In this document: one piece after another, positions 1 to 11,108 of the stretch
Position numbering within the stretch: position 1 is the stretch's first letter
How the letters are laid out: each line of letters starts with the position of its first letter
NCBI GenBank assembly: GCA_051942245.1
Contig: JAVECL010000250.1
Location: 1 to 32,891, forward strand
Length of the DNA: 32,891 nt
Direction: 5' to 3'
Source: Trypethelium eluteriae
Taxonomy: Eukaryota
Made by a program: the position numbers and the translations under genes
The notes under the pieces: model-generated
What the model saw: the letters and a program-made list of their open reading frames with translations, nothing else
Databases searched by the model: none
Told to the model about the DNA's origin: nothing

Positions 1-2002
1 CGGACCCACTCCCAGCAGCAGCAGCAGCCGCCCCTCCACCACGCGTCTTCGGCCCCGATCCAGCCGCCACCCCACTTCGACTCCTGGGCCTCGGATCTCC
101 ACTCGACTCCGACAGCAACCCGGCACTCGCCGCCGCGTTCCCGCCTTTCTCTTCTTTCCGTGCGGCGCTGGGCCCCCCCGTCCCGGCTTTCAAGGGTGCT
201 TGCGCGACGTGGGATCCTGGCCGTGCGAAGCTCGGGCGAGGCGGCGCGTGTGGTTGGCGCGGTCTGGTCTGAGCGTGTGCTTGTTCGCCGCCGTGTTGCG
301 CCTGCTGTGTTGTGGGCTTTTCCTGCTGCTGTTCCTGCTGCGCTCGCCCTGGTTGCTGATGCGGCGATGATGGACCAGCAGGACGTCGCGGGTGTGGAGT
401 TGGGGTTGAGAGGCGCGAGTTCGCAGCGCTGGTGCCGTTATTTAGGTTGCCGTCGTCGCCTTCGTCTTGGTATTCGGATCCTGAGTCGGGTTGCCGCCGT
501 TTCCGACTTCCGCGAGGCTCGGATTGGGTAGGAGTGGCAGTCCTTGGGGCACGGCTTCGCTGTTCTTGTCGATGCGGTGGCTGTGCGGTCGAACAGCGGG
601 AGCGACTGTTACGAGATTGGGGGATACGTGATGTGTCTGGCTCGTCGGTCCAGTCACGCAGAAGAGATTGTGGAAGATCGTGCTGTGTTAGGAAGACTCT
701 CGCCTCCTCAAGATCAGTGTGAGAGACATAATTCCAGTCGACGTCTTTGAGTCCAAGATAGCGCCTATCTATCGGACACGTAAAGCTTGATACCCTTGGA
801 GAGGCATTGGGTAGGACGTCCCTGTGGAGGTCCACATCGGGGACGAGAAAGTTGTTGAAGTTGATAGTTTTGTCGAGGAGGCGTTTGGCGATAACCCAGT
901 GCATGTGCTCATCGCTCTCGACTGTAAGATCGAGCAGCATCCGGCAAATGCGACTGGCGTTAACGCGAAAGCCCTTAGCCTCGAAATAAATTTGACAATA
1001 GATGTCGATTGCAAGTTGAGCGGCGAGATCGTCAAACCGCCGCAGAGTCTGACCGGAGATAAGTACATGCTGTTTATTATCAGATCCCACGCACTCCCGC
1101 AGAAAATCATGTTCCATAAGTTCGATATCGTAGAGGGACCCATTCTGCCCATTGACGGGATCATTAAAATCGTCATTCCCACACCAATCAGTTGTATCAT
1201 GGGTTTTCGGCTCTTGAGAATGCAATGGCTCGTCCTGAAGGGGGTTCCGACGCTCGACCTGACCGTGCTCTGCAACAGGCTCTACCTCGGCATCTTCAAG
1301 TGACAACACCGATGGCGTTCCTCGAAATGGCAGATCTAGCACTGGCATCTTTCGTAAATAATTCGGTCCCTTGCGACGATCTTTAATCAGGTCGCGGATA
1401 CCGTGTGGAGGTGCATCTACTGCTTGGTTCAAGAATGAAGGTGAATTACGATTGAAGACATCCCAGACCTCTTCCAGACGAGGTTCGTTGCTTTCAGCGT
1501 CTGCGAAATAGGGGATCTTATTGGCAACAAGGGGATCGGGAGGCGGTAGTCTTCGGCGCACTGTTCGGGTGCCAGCCTGTCTTCGAGGCAACTTGGTGGT
1601 AGAATCGGAACGCTGGAGAGACGTAGCCAATATGGCTCTTAGAGAATGAGGTCGAAAAAGTAATAAACGCCTTTGATGTGAGCTGAAATGTGAGTGCAAG
1701 TGGGACCTCTTTCGAAGCGACTGTTTTGAACTTTGTAACAGTAAACTGTCGTGTAGTTGCCTCGCCTCTGGGCCATTTTCGAATTGACCACAGTTTACTG
1801 TCAGATCTCGTGACGGAAATGCTGCTGGCTTCCTCTGAACAAGCGTAGGGTTGTATGGCGTGAAGGGTATTTCGAAAGCCGGTATAGTCCCCGGAGGACC
1901 TTTACGAGTCGTTGTGGTGACGGAAGCGTTGAGGCTCGAAGTAGGTTGCGCGATAATGTCTTCGTAGCGCGTAGGTGCTCGAATGTTTTTGCGAAGCCGC
2001 AT
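1..2002 (-). CDS. Hypothetical protein, intronless ORF of at least 667 aa, truncated by the left window edge (3' end outside window)
   Basis: Manual translation: ATG at 2002 (context TTCACAATG, in-frame TAG just upstream) gives MRLRKNIRAPTRYEDII... and stays open with no stop to base 1. It has a central ordered-looking part (LYDIELMEHDFLREC...LAIDIYCQIYF...HWVIAKRLLDK) and a Q/P/G/A/S-rich tail. It is probably missing from the ORF track because it has no stop in the window. Confidence 0.85.
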   Translation of the reverse strand, partial: MRLRKNIRAPTRYEDIIAQPTSSLNASVTTTTRKGPPGTIPAFEIPFTPYNPTLVQRKPAAFPSRDLTVNCGQFENGPEARQLHDSLLLQSSKQSLRKRSHLHSHFSSHQRRLLLFRPHSLRAILATSLQRSDSTTKLPRRQAGTRTVRRRLPPPDPLVANKIPYFADAESNEPRLEEVWDVFNRNSPSFLNQAVDAPPHGIRDLIKDRRKGPNYLRKMPVLDLPFRGTPSVLSLEDAEVEPVAEHGQVERRNPLQDEPLHSQEPKTHDTTDWCGNDDFNDPVNGQNGSLYDIELMEHDFLRECVGSDNKQHVLISGQTLRRFDDLAAQLAIDIYCQIYFEAKGFRVNASRICRMLLDLTVESDEHMHWVIAKRLLDKTINFNNFLVPDVDLHRDVLPNASPRVSSFTCPIDRRYLGLKDVDWNYVSHTDLEEARVFLTQHDLPQSLLRDWTDEPDTSRIPQSRNSRSRCSTAQPPHRQEQRSRAPRTATPTQSEPRGSRKRRQPDSGSEYQDEGDDGNLNNGTSAANSRLSTPTPHPRRPAGPSSPHQQPGRAQQEQQQEKPTTQQAQHGGEQAHAQTRPRQPHAPPRPSFARPGSHVAQAPLKAGTGGPSAARKEEKGGNAAASAGLLSESSGDPRPRSRSGVAAGSGPKTRGGGAAAAAAGSGS

Positions 2003-2616
2003 TGTGAAGGCTGTATATTTTGACGGAAGTGCCTAGACGCTCCTGATTAGCGAGCCGCATGATAGGAAGCCGAGAACAATCTCAGTGCTCAATATCGGAA
2101 GTGATTGGATCTGACGGCTTAGAGGGGGATGCTGGGGCTTGAATCCCGATTTTCGTGATGTGGCGTGTACTGAGCATGCACGCACGTAGAATTTGAGCGT
2201 CAAGCTGTTCCGAGTATGAGCTTCGCATTTTGAGCGTGAGTGAATGATGAACACGCGGTGGAGAATGGGGTAACGCGCAACCTTGTTACGTGAGTTCTTC
2301 CCATTGTGAAGTAGAGTGAGGAGCATCTAGCGCGTGACCGTGTTTGAATGAGTGCATGTGGAGCTCTGCTCAAGTACTGTGGTGTTTGATAACACACTAA
2401 AATATTGAATTCTACGGAGGAAAAGCAACTCACATTGGTAGTGGAATGCGCTAGCCTGTTGCCTGACTGAATCAAAGCAAGTAGAACCCTAAAGCTTAGG
2501 CAAACTCCAAAAGCTCTGGCAAGAGTGGCTCGTTCCAGAATCATGAAATATGATATCGTCAAAGCATCATGTAATTGCCGTAGGCATACTGAACCATGTC
2601 CCCTTAAAAGTGATCT

Positions 2617-3543
2617 TCATTCTCCATTTTCTACGTCACGAAAGGGCGCAATACCCCTTGCGCTTGTCTCCACATCGAAATCTCCCATAGCCTCATCATC
2701 AAAGAAATCATCGTGGCCTCTTTTGGAGCCAATACCTCCATCGCTCTTACTCAGACCAATTTGAATGCTGTGGGCTGCCTGCTGACTTGGGTTGTTTTGT
2801 TGAGTGGCAGCAGCGACATCTTGCTTGGCCTTGAGGATTTCCCAGTAAGACGAGAGCAGATGCTTCATGCTGTCGTCGACATTGATGCAAAATCGCCGTG
2901 CTTGAACTTGCTGGATTGCCCTGACCAGGTCCATGTCGGCGAACATCTGCATCAGGTAGGCAACGACGACGGCGGCAGACCTATCATTTCCGGTCTCGCA
3001 GAAGACAAGAACTTTCCCAGCCATCGAGTTCTGCCGCATATGAAGCATGTGCTCGTTGATAGTGCGGGTAGCCATGGGAAAAGCCGCAATGAGTTCTGGC
3101 ATGGTTGCAACATCCACAGTTCCTTTCTGCAATTCGAGCTTCTCTGCCATACTCAGCGCTCTGTTGAGAATGAGAGACTTTGTTGTCGAGGTGGGTCGAA
3201 TAGCCAGAAGCATTGTAATGTTCTCGCGTCGAAGGAAGTCTCTATCACTGACTGCGTTCATCGGTCCGAGATAGAGGAAGGGCAGAATCTTTTGGGCTTG
3301 GCGGCGATTTTCGTAGTTCCAGCAGATGGTACTAGGAGGTGAATCTGCGCAAAAATCATAGTTGTACTCGTCGAGAAAGCGCAGGGCTTCGAGAACTGCG
3401 TCGCCATAAGCGGGCCTGACATGTAGGTTCGCAGGAGTTGCACGCATAGTTGGTGGTGGGATATTAATGCGAGGCGGCGTAGGAACTCGATTTGTGTACT
3501 CGGATTCTTGAGTATAGAGATAAGTCCCATCCGTGTCGTCCAT
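2617..3543 (-). CDS. Dual-specificity phosphatase-fold protein (STYX-like, atypical active site), 308 aa
   Basis: QKILPFLYLGP, ENITMLL, VLVFCETGNDRSAAVVVAYLM (CX5R loop) and AIQQVQARRFCI are the DSP-domain signature motifs. Confidence 0.9.
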   Translation of the reverse strand: MDDTDGTYLYTQESEYTNRVPTPPRINIPPPTMRATPANLHVRPAYGDAVLEALRFLDEYNYDFCADSPPSTICWNYENRRQAQKILPFLYLGPMNAVSDRDFLRRENITMLLAIRPTSTTKSLILNRALSMAEKLELQKGTVDVATMPELIAAFPMATRTINEHMLHMRQNSMAGKVLVFCETGNDRSAAVVVAYLMQMFADMDLVRAIQQVQARRFCINVDDSMKHLLSSYWEILKAKQDVAAATQQNNPSQQAAHSIQIGLSKSDGGIGSKRGHDDFFDDEAMGDFDVETSARGIAPFRDVENGE

Positions 3544-4472
3544 GGTCTATAAATAAGGCTTTCCAGTCTTCTGTATGCTTCGCAGCCTGAGGATGGCCAG
3601 TTTATATATGGTCGGTGAAAGCAAGTTCCGTCAGTGCAGATAGAATGAAAGGTAAGTAGTTGTTCCGTCGGATGTATGGTTGGAGTAGGGAGAATGCAAT
3701 GTCATGGGAACAATCGAGCACTATTTGTGATTGTCAATATAAACGTCAGTGGGGCCTAGCATATCACAGATTTGCTGGAGAAATAGCATGCAAGAGAAAA
3801 CGTACTGATTGGGGAGGCTGTCGAGATTCCTGTTCCTCACATGCTCAATGCTCACATGCCCTGGTGGAGAAGTGGAGGTGTCGCAGTGATGTAGCACTTC
3901 CGACTGCAAGTCAGTGGCTTCCATATTCGGACTGGGGAAAAGAAATGGGATAGAAGAAGGCAGACATTTGCAAGGTCAACCAGATGTAGGTAGTCAGGTT
4001 TAGGACGCACCAGCGCAACCTGAAGGCGGCCGGCCCGCCGCCGCCGCTTGCAATGGTGCACTCCCACACTCCGTATCTCAGGTACGATATGATATCTACC
4101 TACTACTCTATGGTATATACGCTAAGCTATAATACCCTAGATGAGAACTTCGGCGGCTAATTATTTGATGGCTTGTCAGAGCTTTGGTCAAGACCATCAC
4201 AGCCATCAAAATTTAGTGGGAACTTAGACACCGAATAAACCACCAACCACTACGTTTTGGACAATTTGTGCTGGCACTCTGAAAGTCATGATATATATTG
4301 CCAGTGAATCTAATCGACGTCTATCATAAAGCCGTGGACATTAAATCGACCTATAATGGTGTAGAAGAGCAGAAGCGCCAAGTAATGAGCACTATCCTCT
4401 ATACGCAGAGAACTTGATCGCTCCTTTTTCCGCAACCCAACCAGCGCCTGAACGTTGCACTTTGGTCGTAAT

Positions 4473-7145
4473 CTACTGCGCTTCCTCCACCCCATCAGGC
4501 TGGACGGCGTCCGCGTCATTCATCTCCGTATCTTTACTTTCGCCGGCTTCAGCCTTGCCATCAGCCTGTTTGGCTGCAGCCTCTTTTTCCTGCTGCACCT
4601 TCTTGGCTTCCTCTTCAGCTTTCTTCTTAGCCTCCAATTCTGCCCGCTTGGCGGCAGCCTTCTCCTCTTCTTCTTTGAGTCGCGCTTGGCGTTCTTCCTC
4701 GATTTTGTCATTGTAGCGCTGAATGATTGGTCCGGCGACTGAACGGATTTCTTCAATCTTGCTAACGTAGACAGCTTTAGTTGCATCTTCGCCGTCTTCG
4801 TAGAGCCAGTCCTAGAAGGCTGAAGTTAGCATGATACCCTCGACGAGTAGTTCCCATTGACTCAGGCCTCTTATGTAGATTCCCAGCATATAGTACCAAG
4901 AACCTTTTACAGGCGCAGAAATCGAGCTCCAATCAAGTAGAAAATATATGCTGAATGTGATCGAAAACTTACCTCAATTTGCTCAAGTTTCTCCTTGACC
5001 TTCGTCTTCTCCTCGTCGTTTGAGAACTCGGCATACTTCTCGTCGATGTGACCTCTCATCTCGTAGATGAAACTTTCAAGCTCGTTCTTCTTATCTTCGG
5101 TATCGGCAACGAGCTTATCCTCCATGATCATTTGGCTTTCTTTCTCGGTAGCCTGATCTTTGATCGACTGATCCATTGAGGCCGTACCAGCCGACAAGGG
5201 AAGATCGCCCTTTCGGACTTGCTTCTTGACTTTTCGAGTCTTGGGCTTCTCTTCGGCCTTCTCGTCCGTGTCCATAGCCTGTCGATCATCTTGTGTCAGT
5301 GATTGTTGCTGTTGAGCTTCTGTTGGCTGGGGGGATGTCGCAGAAGATGAAGGATTGGACGAGAAACGTAAACGCTTATTGTCGCGTTCTATGCTAATCT
5401 CTTCTTCACATTTTGCTTTTCTGCCAGCGGAACGAGCATTAAGAATCATGGGGGAAACAAGCTCGTCACCTACATCGGCATCCTTCTTCTCATTCTCTTT
5501 GGCCTCCGGAATAGGCTCTTCCACTTCCTGATCCTCCACATAGTATCCTTGTTCCACGTTGAGCACGCCGTGCAAGTTCAGTCGAGCCTTGAGTTTGCAG
5601 ATCATGAAATCGTCTTTCGAGTCGACTTTGACACCTTTCACAGAGAAGCGACCGATCCAAGGATCCATCTTACCAGGAATTATGTCTGGTTTGGCGTACT
5701 TAGCTTCCAAGTCAAACGGTTGTTTCCTATAGAAGGTTAGGATCTTGGTCGATGGCATGACATTTCCCTTGTTGAAGACTGTGAGACTGGTATCCTCATC
5801 GGGGATGTCCGGCGACTTTTCCCAAGTGAACTCAATAGGATAATTGACAATGTCATGAACGGAGAAGTCACGGACGCGGAAAACTGGTGAGAGGATGGCA
5901 CAACTGAATGCGGCACCCCGTGCAGCAGCTTCATCTTGATTGAGAGTGAATGAAAGCTTCTTTCCGAAGAAGTTCTCGATAGTTGTCTTCAAAGCCGGCA
6001 CACGGGTGCAACCTCCTACCAATTCGACGTAGTCGATATCATCGGTCTTCAACTTGGCCTCTGCGAGTGCCTGTTCCAGTGGCTGAGTGGCACGATCTAG
6101 AAGTGGTTTGACCAACTCTTCCAGCTCTTCTCTTTTCAAAAATCCCTTGACATCTACATCGTTCATCAGAGACTCGATGCTGATAGGGGCACTGGCGTTG
6201 GCGGAAAGAACTTTCTTGAGCTTCTCGCAGGCCGCAGCGACGCGCAATCTCGCCTTTTGGTTTTCATTGACGTCAATCTTAAATTTCTCTTTGAATTCTT
6301 TCGCGAAATGATCCACGATAGCCTTGTCGAAATTGCGGCCGCCAAAATGTCGGTCGTATGCCGTTGACTTGACAGCGAGCTCGCCTTTCTTGAATTCAAC
6401 GATGGAGCAGACATAGTTGCTGTGCCCAATATCGATGAACGCGACACGGCGGGGCTTTTCTTCGGGACCGGGAAGATCCAGTTTGGTGATACCGTAGCCT
6501 AGCGCGACAGCCGTTGTATCGTTGACGAGCCGGAGCACTTTCAGACCGGCAATCTCGGCAGCATCCAACAGAGCCCTTCTCTGACGGTCCGTATACCATG
6601 CTGGGCATGTGAAGACCATGTCGTTGACCGGGAGTTTGAGTTCGGCGGAGGCAGTTTGCCTGATTTTGCTAAGGAACATCGCCACGACTTGCGTAGCCGT
6701 GAACTGGGTTTTCTGCCCGAGATAGGTGACTTCGGCGCCAACTTGACCGTGCATGTCCACCAAAGGCGCTGAGACGAACTCCTGCTCTATTTGTACATCT
6801 GGGTCCTTGAGAGAACGACCGGCCAATCTTGAGAAAGATCCGACGGTGTTTTTGAAGTTCGATACTTCTTGTGTCTTTGCAGCCTCGCCGAGGTATCTTG
6901 CTTTTGGACCGAAGCCCACGAGAGATCTGTGTTCACTTGTTAGTCCAAATTAAGGACGATAGTGGGTTGTGGGATAGCTTACGGAGTGGCTCGGTTGGAT
7001 ACTTCATTGGTAATCTGTAGATAATTTAGCTATCTTTTCGATCATTTGACGTATGGGCACCAGCACTTACCACATCCACGCCCCGATTCCTGGCAACAGC
7101 AATGACGGTGTTGAGGGTGCCTAGGTCAACGCCTACAACACTCAT
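4473..7145 (-). CDS. hsp88: Hsp110-family chaperone/nucleotide exchange factor (HSP88/SSE1), 734 aa spliced; exons 7145-7071, 7014-6983, 6926-5474, 5278-4973, 4811-4473
   Basis: MSVVGVDLG..VIAVARNRGVDV|ITNEVSNRATP|SLVGFGPK, HFGGRNFD, VELVGGCTRVP, TLNQDEA, EDKKNELESFIY and DWLYEDGED. All four introns have GT..AG ends, and the joined exons keep frame (2205 nt). Confidence 0.97.
5279..5473 (-). other. HSP88 intron 3: 195 nt, phase 0, in-frame and stop-free (candidate retained intron)
   Basis: Donor GTAGGT after ...KKDAD, branch CTGAC, acceptor GACAG before AMDTD. The ORF track reads straight through it (65 extra codons). Confidence 0.8.
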
Positions 7146-7808
7146 GTTTGCGACGAAAATGGAGTACTAGAGGAAAGCTTGAATGGTCAATAATTTGTCA
7201 GAAAGATGTGAATGTACGGCGAAAGAGTTTGCACGAGGTGGATTGTCGGGTGAGTGCTGGCAAGGCGGCGGTGGGCCGGGGGTAGTAGTGGTTGTGCTTC
7301 TTGGATTCTGTCGCATGGAAATTTCGAGTAGATGCGCGCACCAGCTTCGAGCCACACGGGCCAAGACCAAGCCTCTGGACTGCCAGGTCAGCTGTTTGCT
7401 TCCTTGTTTGCACGCACAGCCCTGGGAAGCAGCTGGAACCATTCACCCATTGGTGGGGCGTCCTCCGGCTTCCGTCTCACCGCCCGCCGTGCATCATCAA
7501 CAATACGCGCCAGCTCCAGGTACATCTGCCGATCATTCTGTCACAGGGATATCATTGATCCACACGTCGAACGCGCAAAATGCTCCGTTCTACGCTTTTC
7601 TGACTTGCGTCACATTGGAAATCCCGGTATTTGGATAGATCTCGGAACCCTGGGAGACGCGCTCGCGTTGTTTTGGTCACTAAACGCTGGACCCTGATAA
7701 GCACTGTGTTGTGAAGAAGCCCCCACCGTCTGCCAAAATCAAAGATGAAACAGAGATAGCAGGTGTTTGGAACGCGTCAACTATGCGCGCGAAACGGTAG
7801 ACGCAAGT
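7146..7808. promoter_or_regulatory. Divergent intergenic/promoter region between HSP88 and CENP-L
   Basis: 663 bp between two head-to-head start codons. Only partial heat-shock-element-like units were seen (GAAatTTC at 7318-7325). Confidence 0.5.
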
Positions 7809-9059
7809 ATGGCACGAGCAACGACATATCCGTTGTATAATTCAACATACACTGTCTTCAGGATCTCTCCGCTGTACCATGGAAACTTACGCGGGGGATC
7901 GAAACCACCATTGTCCCCGGAAGGTCTTCAATTTCATTCCAGACAGCTTCGAGACAGTCTTTCAGGGAACTTTATTCGCGGCGTTGGTATTGCGCAGACC
8001 CATCACGATTATGCGGATACACTCCAAGATTGTTCATGGTCTCTGCTTGGGAACGAGACGCATTGGGACCAAGACCCTGACCCCGAGTCGGACGCACCTG
8101 CTTTGACTAGCGAAGATGCTCGCGGGATATACATTCAATTAAGATACGAGAAGTCTACGCACTGCGCGATGCTACTCCGAGATCCAGCCAAGATTCCAGA
8201 AGACTATCCAGAGTTTACGACCCTTCCTCTACTCCTTCTCCGCATGCCGGCTTCTGTCCGCGAGAGCCTTCTAAACTATCTGCAACTCAACTTCGACTGC
8301 AACGTCTCCCCTCATAATCTCCAGTCGATCGATGCCACTCTTGAGCGTTTCGTCTCCACCGTCTCACACCATGCTTCATCCTGGTCTCAATTCATACATC
8401 ATCCCAACCTCTCCGAAATCCTCGGAAACGTCCAAGTTCAGATATCCTTCCCCTCGGTCGCACCCTTGCTCAAGAATATGGACATGACAATCGCGGCCAC
8501 AGACGTCATGCCCTTCCTTGAGCAGGGTAAGCTACTCATCGCAAAGCAGCCTCAGCTGCACGGCCATCCTTTCATGACAGCGTTAGGCCACTATCTGGAC
8601 GAGCACCTCGCGTTGCGCCTTGACCATAAGGACATTCATGTCTCGAAGATCGTGTGCAGTGTCTTTGCCCTCTCCGCTGACGGGAAAATAAAGATCTTCG
8701 CTCCGGAGCGTTTTGAACTCGCTGCCGAAGCGTCCTCCGAGGATTTTGAGGAAGTCCCGCGGACGCCGGTGCAGGTTGCATTGGACGAGCTGTATGGACG
8801 GTTGATAGCGGAGGTGATGCCGGTACGTGAGGATATACATATGGATGATTCGGTAAACAGTTCTGGATTGTTGGAAAAGGAGAAAGAGACGGGCGAATCG
8901 AGACCTGAATTCGTCGATTTAGTACGTGCGAGGAGTCCGGCGAAAAGGGTGACGGCAAGAATGGCACAGGGCCAGGCTGGGACGAGTGATGTACCCGATA
9001 GTCCGCCACCGCCATACGCACTGCACGACGTGAATATTCCCACGCGGCTAGTGCAATAA
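7809..9059 (+). CDS. Kinetochore Sim4-complex subunit Fta1 / CENP-L family protein, 416 aa
   Basis: First ATG at 7809. N-terminal YPLYNSTYTVFRISPLY, YEKSTHCAMLLR, FTTLPLLLLRMPASVRESLLNYL..NFD, HPFMTALGHYLDEHLAL and SKIVCSVFALSADGKIKIF match my recollection of fungal CENP-L. Confidence 0.8.
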   Translation: MARATTYPLYNSTYTVFRISPLYHGNLRGGSKPPLSPEGLQFHSRQLRDSLSGNFIRGVGIAQTHHDYADTLQDCSWSLLGNETHWDQDPDPESDAPALTSEDARGIYIQLRYEKSTHCAMLLRDPAKIPEDYPEFTTLPLLLLRMPASVRESLLNYLQLNFDCNVSPHNLQSIDATLERFVSTVSHHASSWSQFIHHPNLSEILGNVQVQISFPSVAPLLKNMDMTIAATDVMPFLEQGKLLIAKQPQLHGHPFMTALGHYLDEHLALRLDHKDIHVSKIVCSVFALSADGKIKIFAPERFELAAEASSEDFEEVPRTPVQVALDELYGRLIAEVMPVREDIHMDDSVNSSGLLEKEKETGESRPEFVDLVRARSPAKRVTARMAQGQAGTSDVPDSPPPPYALHDVNIPTRLVQ

Positions 9060-9499
9060 GCCCCAGAGAGGATGTGGGGTAGTTCTTTCATACAGTGGGG
9101 ATCTGGTGGGAATACCCTGGGCTTGTGGGGCGTTTCTGGAGTTGCATATTTTGTATGAAATGTCAAGATACACCCGTAGCGTCGACCGATTTGGTCTCTA
9201 CGAAGTCTTAAGGTCGTACGATACGGCTGTGAGTATGCTGATTTGTGAGAGAAATCCTTTTTAATACACCCTATATAAGCCGTAGTGCTAAGAACGCAGC
9301 ACCTCGCTAGCTCACCAAGAAGACCAGTCAGAAGCCTGAGTTCGGCAAGGGGAAAAGGAAAATGCGAGGTTGTAGAGAACCATTTCCATCCACAAAGAGA
9401 TGCAACCATATGCTTACACGGATACACATACTACCTTGGCACCCAGCAAACTCAACTGACACCCCAACTTTCCCATCTCAATATGGTCTCCCTACCAAT

Positions 9500-11108
9500 T
9501 TACAACATCAACTCCAATGGATTCTCGACGACCTTCTTCAGCTCCCGCATAAAGTCCCCTCCCACCGCCCCATCCACCACCTTATGATCAAAGCTTGCAG
9601 TCAACACAATCTGATCATCCCACCTCACTCCACTCTCTTCTATCTCTCCCTCTTCCCCCTCCTTCGGCACCGCCACCTTCTTCATCGCCCCAACCGCCAA
9701 AATCGTCGCCTGCGGCGGATTAATCACCGCCGTGAACCGCTCAACCGCAGGATTCATCCCCATATTCGAGATGGTGATCGAGCCCCCCTGGTACTCCTCC
9801 GGCTTCAACTTCCCATCTCGCGCCCTCTTCCCCAGGTCTTTCACCCGCGCGCTGATCGCCTGCAAGCCGAGCGTATCCGCGCCCGCCACGATCGGCGTCA
9901 TGAGCCCCACGGGCGTCGCAACCGCCACGGAGACATCGACGGTGTGGTGCGTGCGGATCGTCGTTTCGCCATTCGCGACGCGCCAGGAGGAGTTGGCGGC
10001 GGGGACGCGGCGGGCGGCGACGGCGAGCGCTTTGATAAGGAAGTCGTTCACGGACAGCTTGTATGCGCCGCTGCCTTCTTTGGCGGCGGCGGCATTGAGC
10101 GCTTGTCGGAGGGCGAGGAGCTTGCTGACGGACACGCTCGAGGCTACGAAGTAGTGCGGGTTCTGCGTGAAGGATTCGGTCAGGCGGCTCGCGATCGTCT
10201 TGCGCATGCTGCTCGCTGGCGTGTCGGTGTAGGTTGGGAGGGGAGAGCCCGAGGGCGCGACTGGGCCGGCACCGGAGCTGGCGGCGGGCTTGTATTTTTC
10301 GATGTCTGAGAGCGTGATCCGGCCGCCGGGACCGCTGCCTTTGACTTTGGAGATGGGTACGCCCTTTTCGAGGGCGGCGCGCTTGGCGGCTGGGCTGGCG
10401 GACGGTTCCCGGTCGAGAGCGGTCTGTAGGCGGGCACCAGTGGATTCGGATTCTTGGGCTTTAGGGGTAGGGGTTTCGTCTTTAGGTGGTGGAGGTGCGG
10501 TGCCGGTTTCTTTGCTGGGAGGCTCGGAGGACTCGGCGGCTTCACCTTTCTGATCGCCTTTCGGTGGTGCTTTGTCACCTCCGGCATCTTCAAGAGTAAA
10601 TGATTCAAATGCAGAGACATCTCCCGCATCCTCCACCATGACAGCTATGGGCTAAAAAACCCGCTGTCAGCATTGACTTCAAGATCAGGGGGAGGACTTC
10701 ATATAGTCTTACGTTTCCGACAGCAACATCTTTCTCGCCGGAGTCTTTTAGGACCTTTGCAAGAACTCCCTCCTCTTGGAATTCGAAGTCCATTTGCGCC
10801 TTATCTGTCTCAATTTCGACGAGGACATCTCCGGGTGATATTGAGTCTCCGACTTTCTTCTGCCACGTGCCAATATTGCCGCTTGTCATTGTAGGGGAGA
10901 GTGCCGGCATTGATACAACGGAATGAGAAGGAAAATCTGTATACCAAATCAATCTCTATCCGCACGGCCTGACAGGCGTGCTCAGCTTACCTTTGGATGC
11001 GTAACATCTTGCGAGGGCTGAGAGTTTCGGAGTTGTTGTAGGTATCCTCACAGCTGTACGGAGGCATAGTCTCGCGGACGGCCGTAGGAGCATAGCCGCG
11101 GCGGGCAT
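9500..11108 (-). CDS. LAT1: Dihydrolipoamide acetyltransferase (PDH E2), mitochondrial precursor, about 497 aa; exons 11108-10991, 10936-10713, 10651-9500
   Basis: Arg-rich presequence [21 protein letters not shown]...LARCYASK, lipoyl domain [16 protein letters not shown]3-binding domain KGSGPGGRI and catalytic DHKVVDG. Two canonical introns restore frame. Confidence 0.97.

Noticed and set aside
160..1386. Several 60-170 aa ORFs on both strands (e.g. 824-1303 +, 769-1275 -)
   Set aside because: They are antisense or off-frame shadows of the long minus-strand ORF 1-2002.
7298..7444. Heat-shock-element-like nGAAn units upstream of HSP88
   Set aside because: Only two perfect adjacent units (7318-7325) and a GAA-N7-GAA pair, too weak to call a site.
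9362..10629. Long alternative ORFs (315 aa +, 140 aa +, 149 aa -) overlapping LAT1
   Set aside because: Expected by-product of GC-rich codon usage, with no protein-like motifs.
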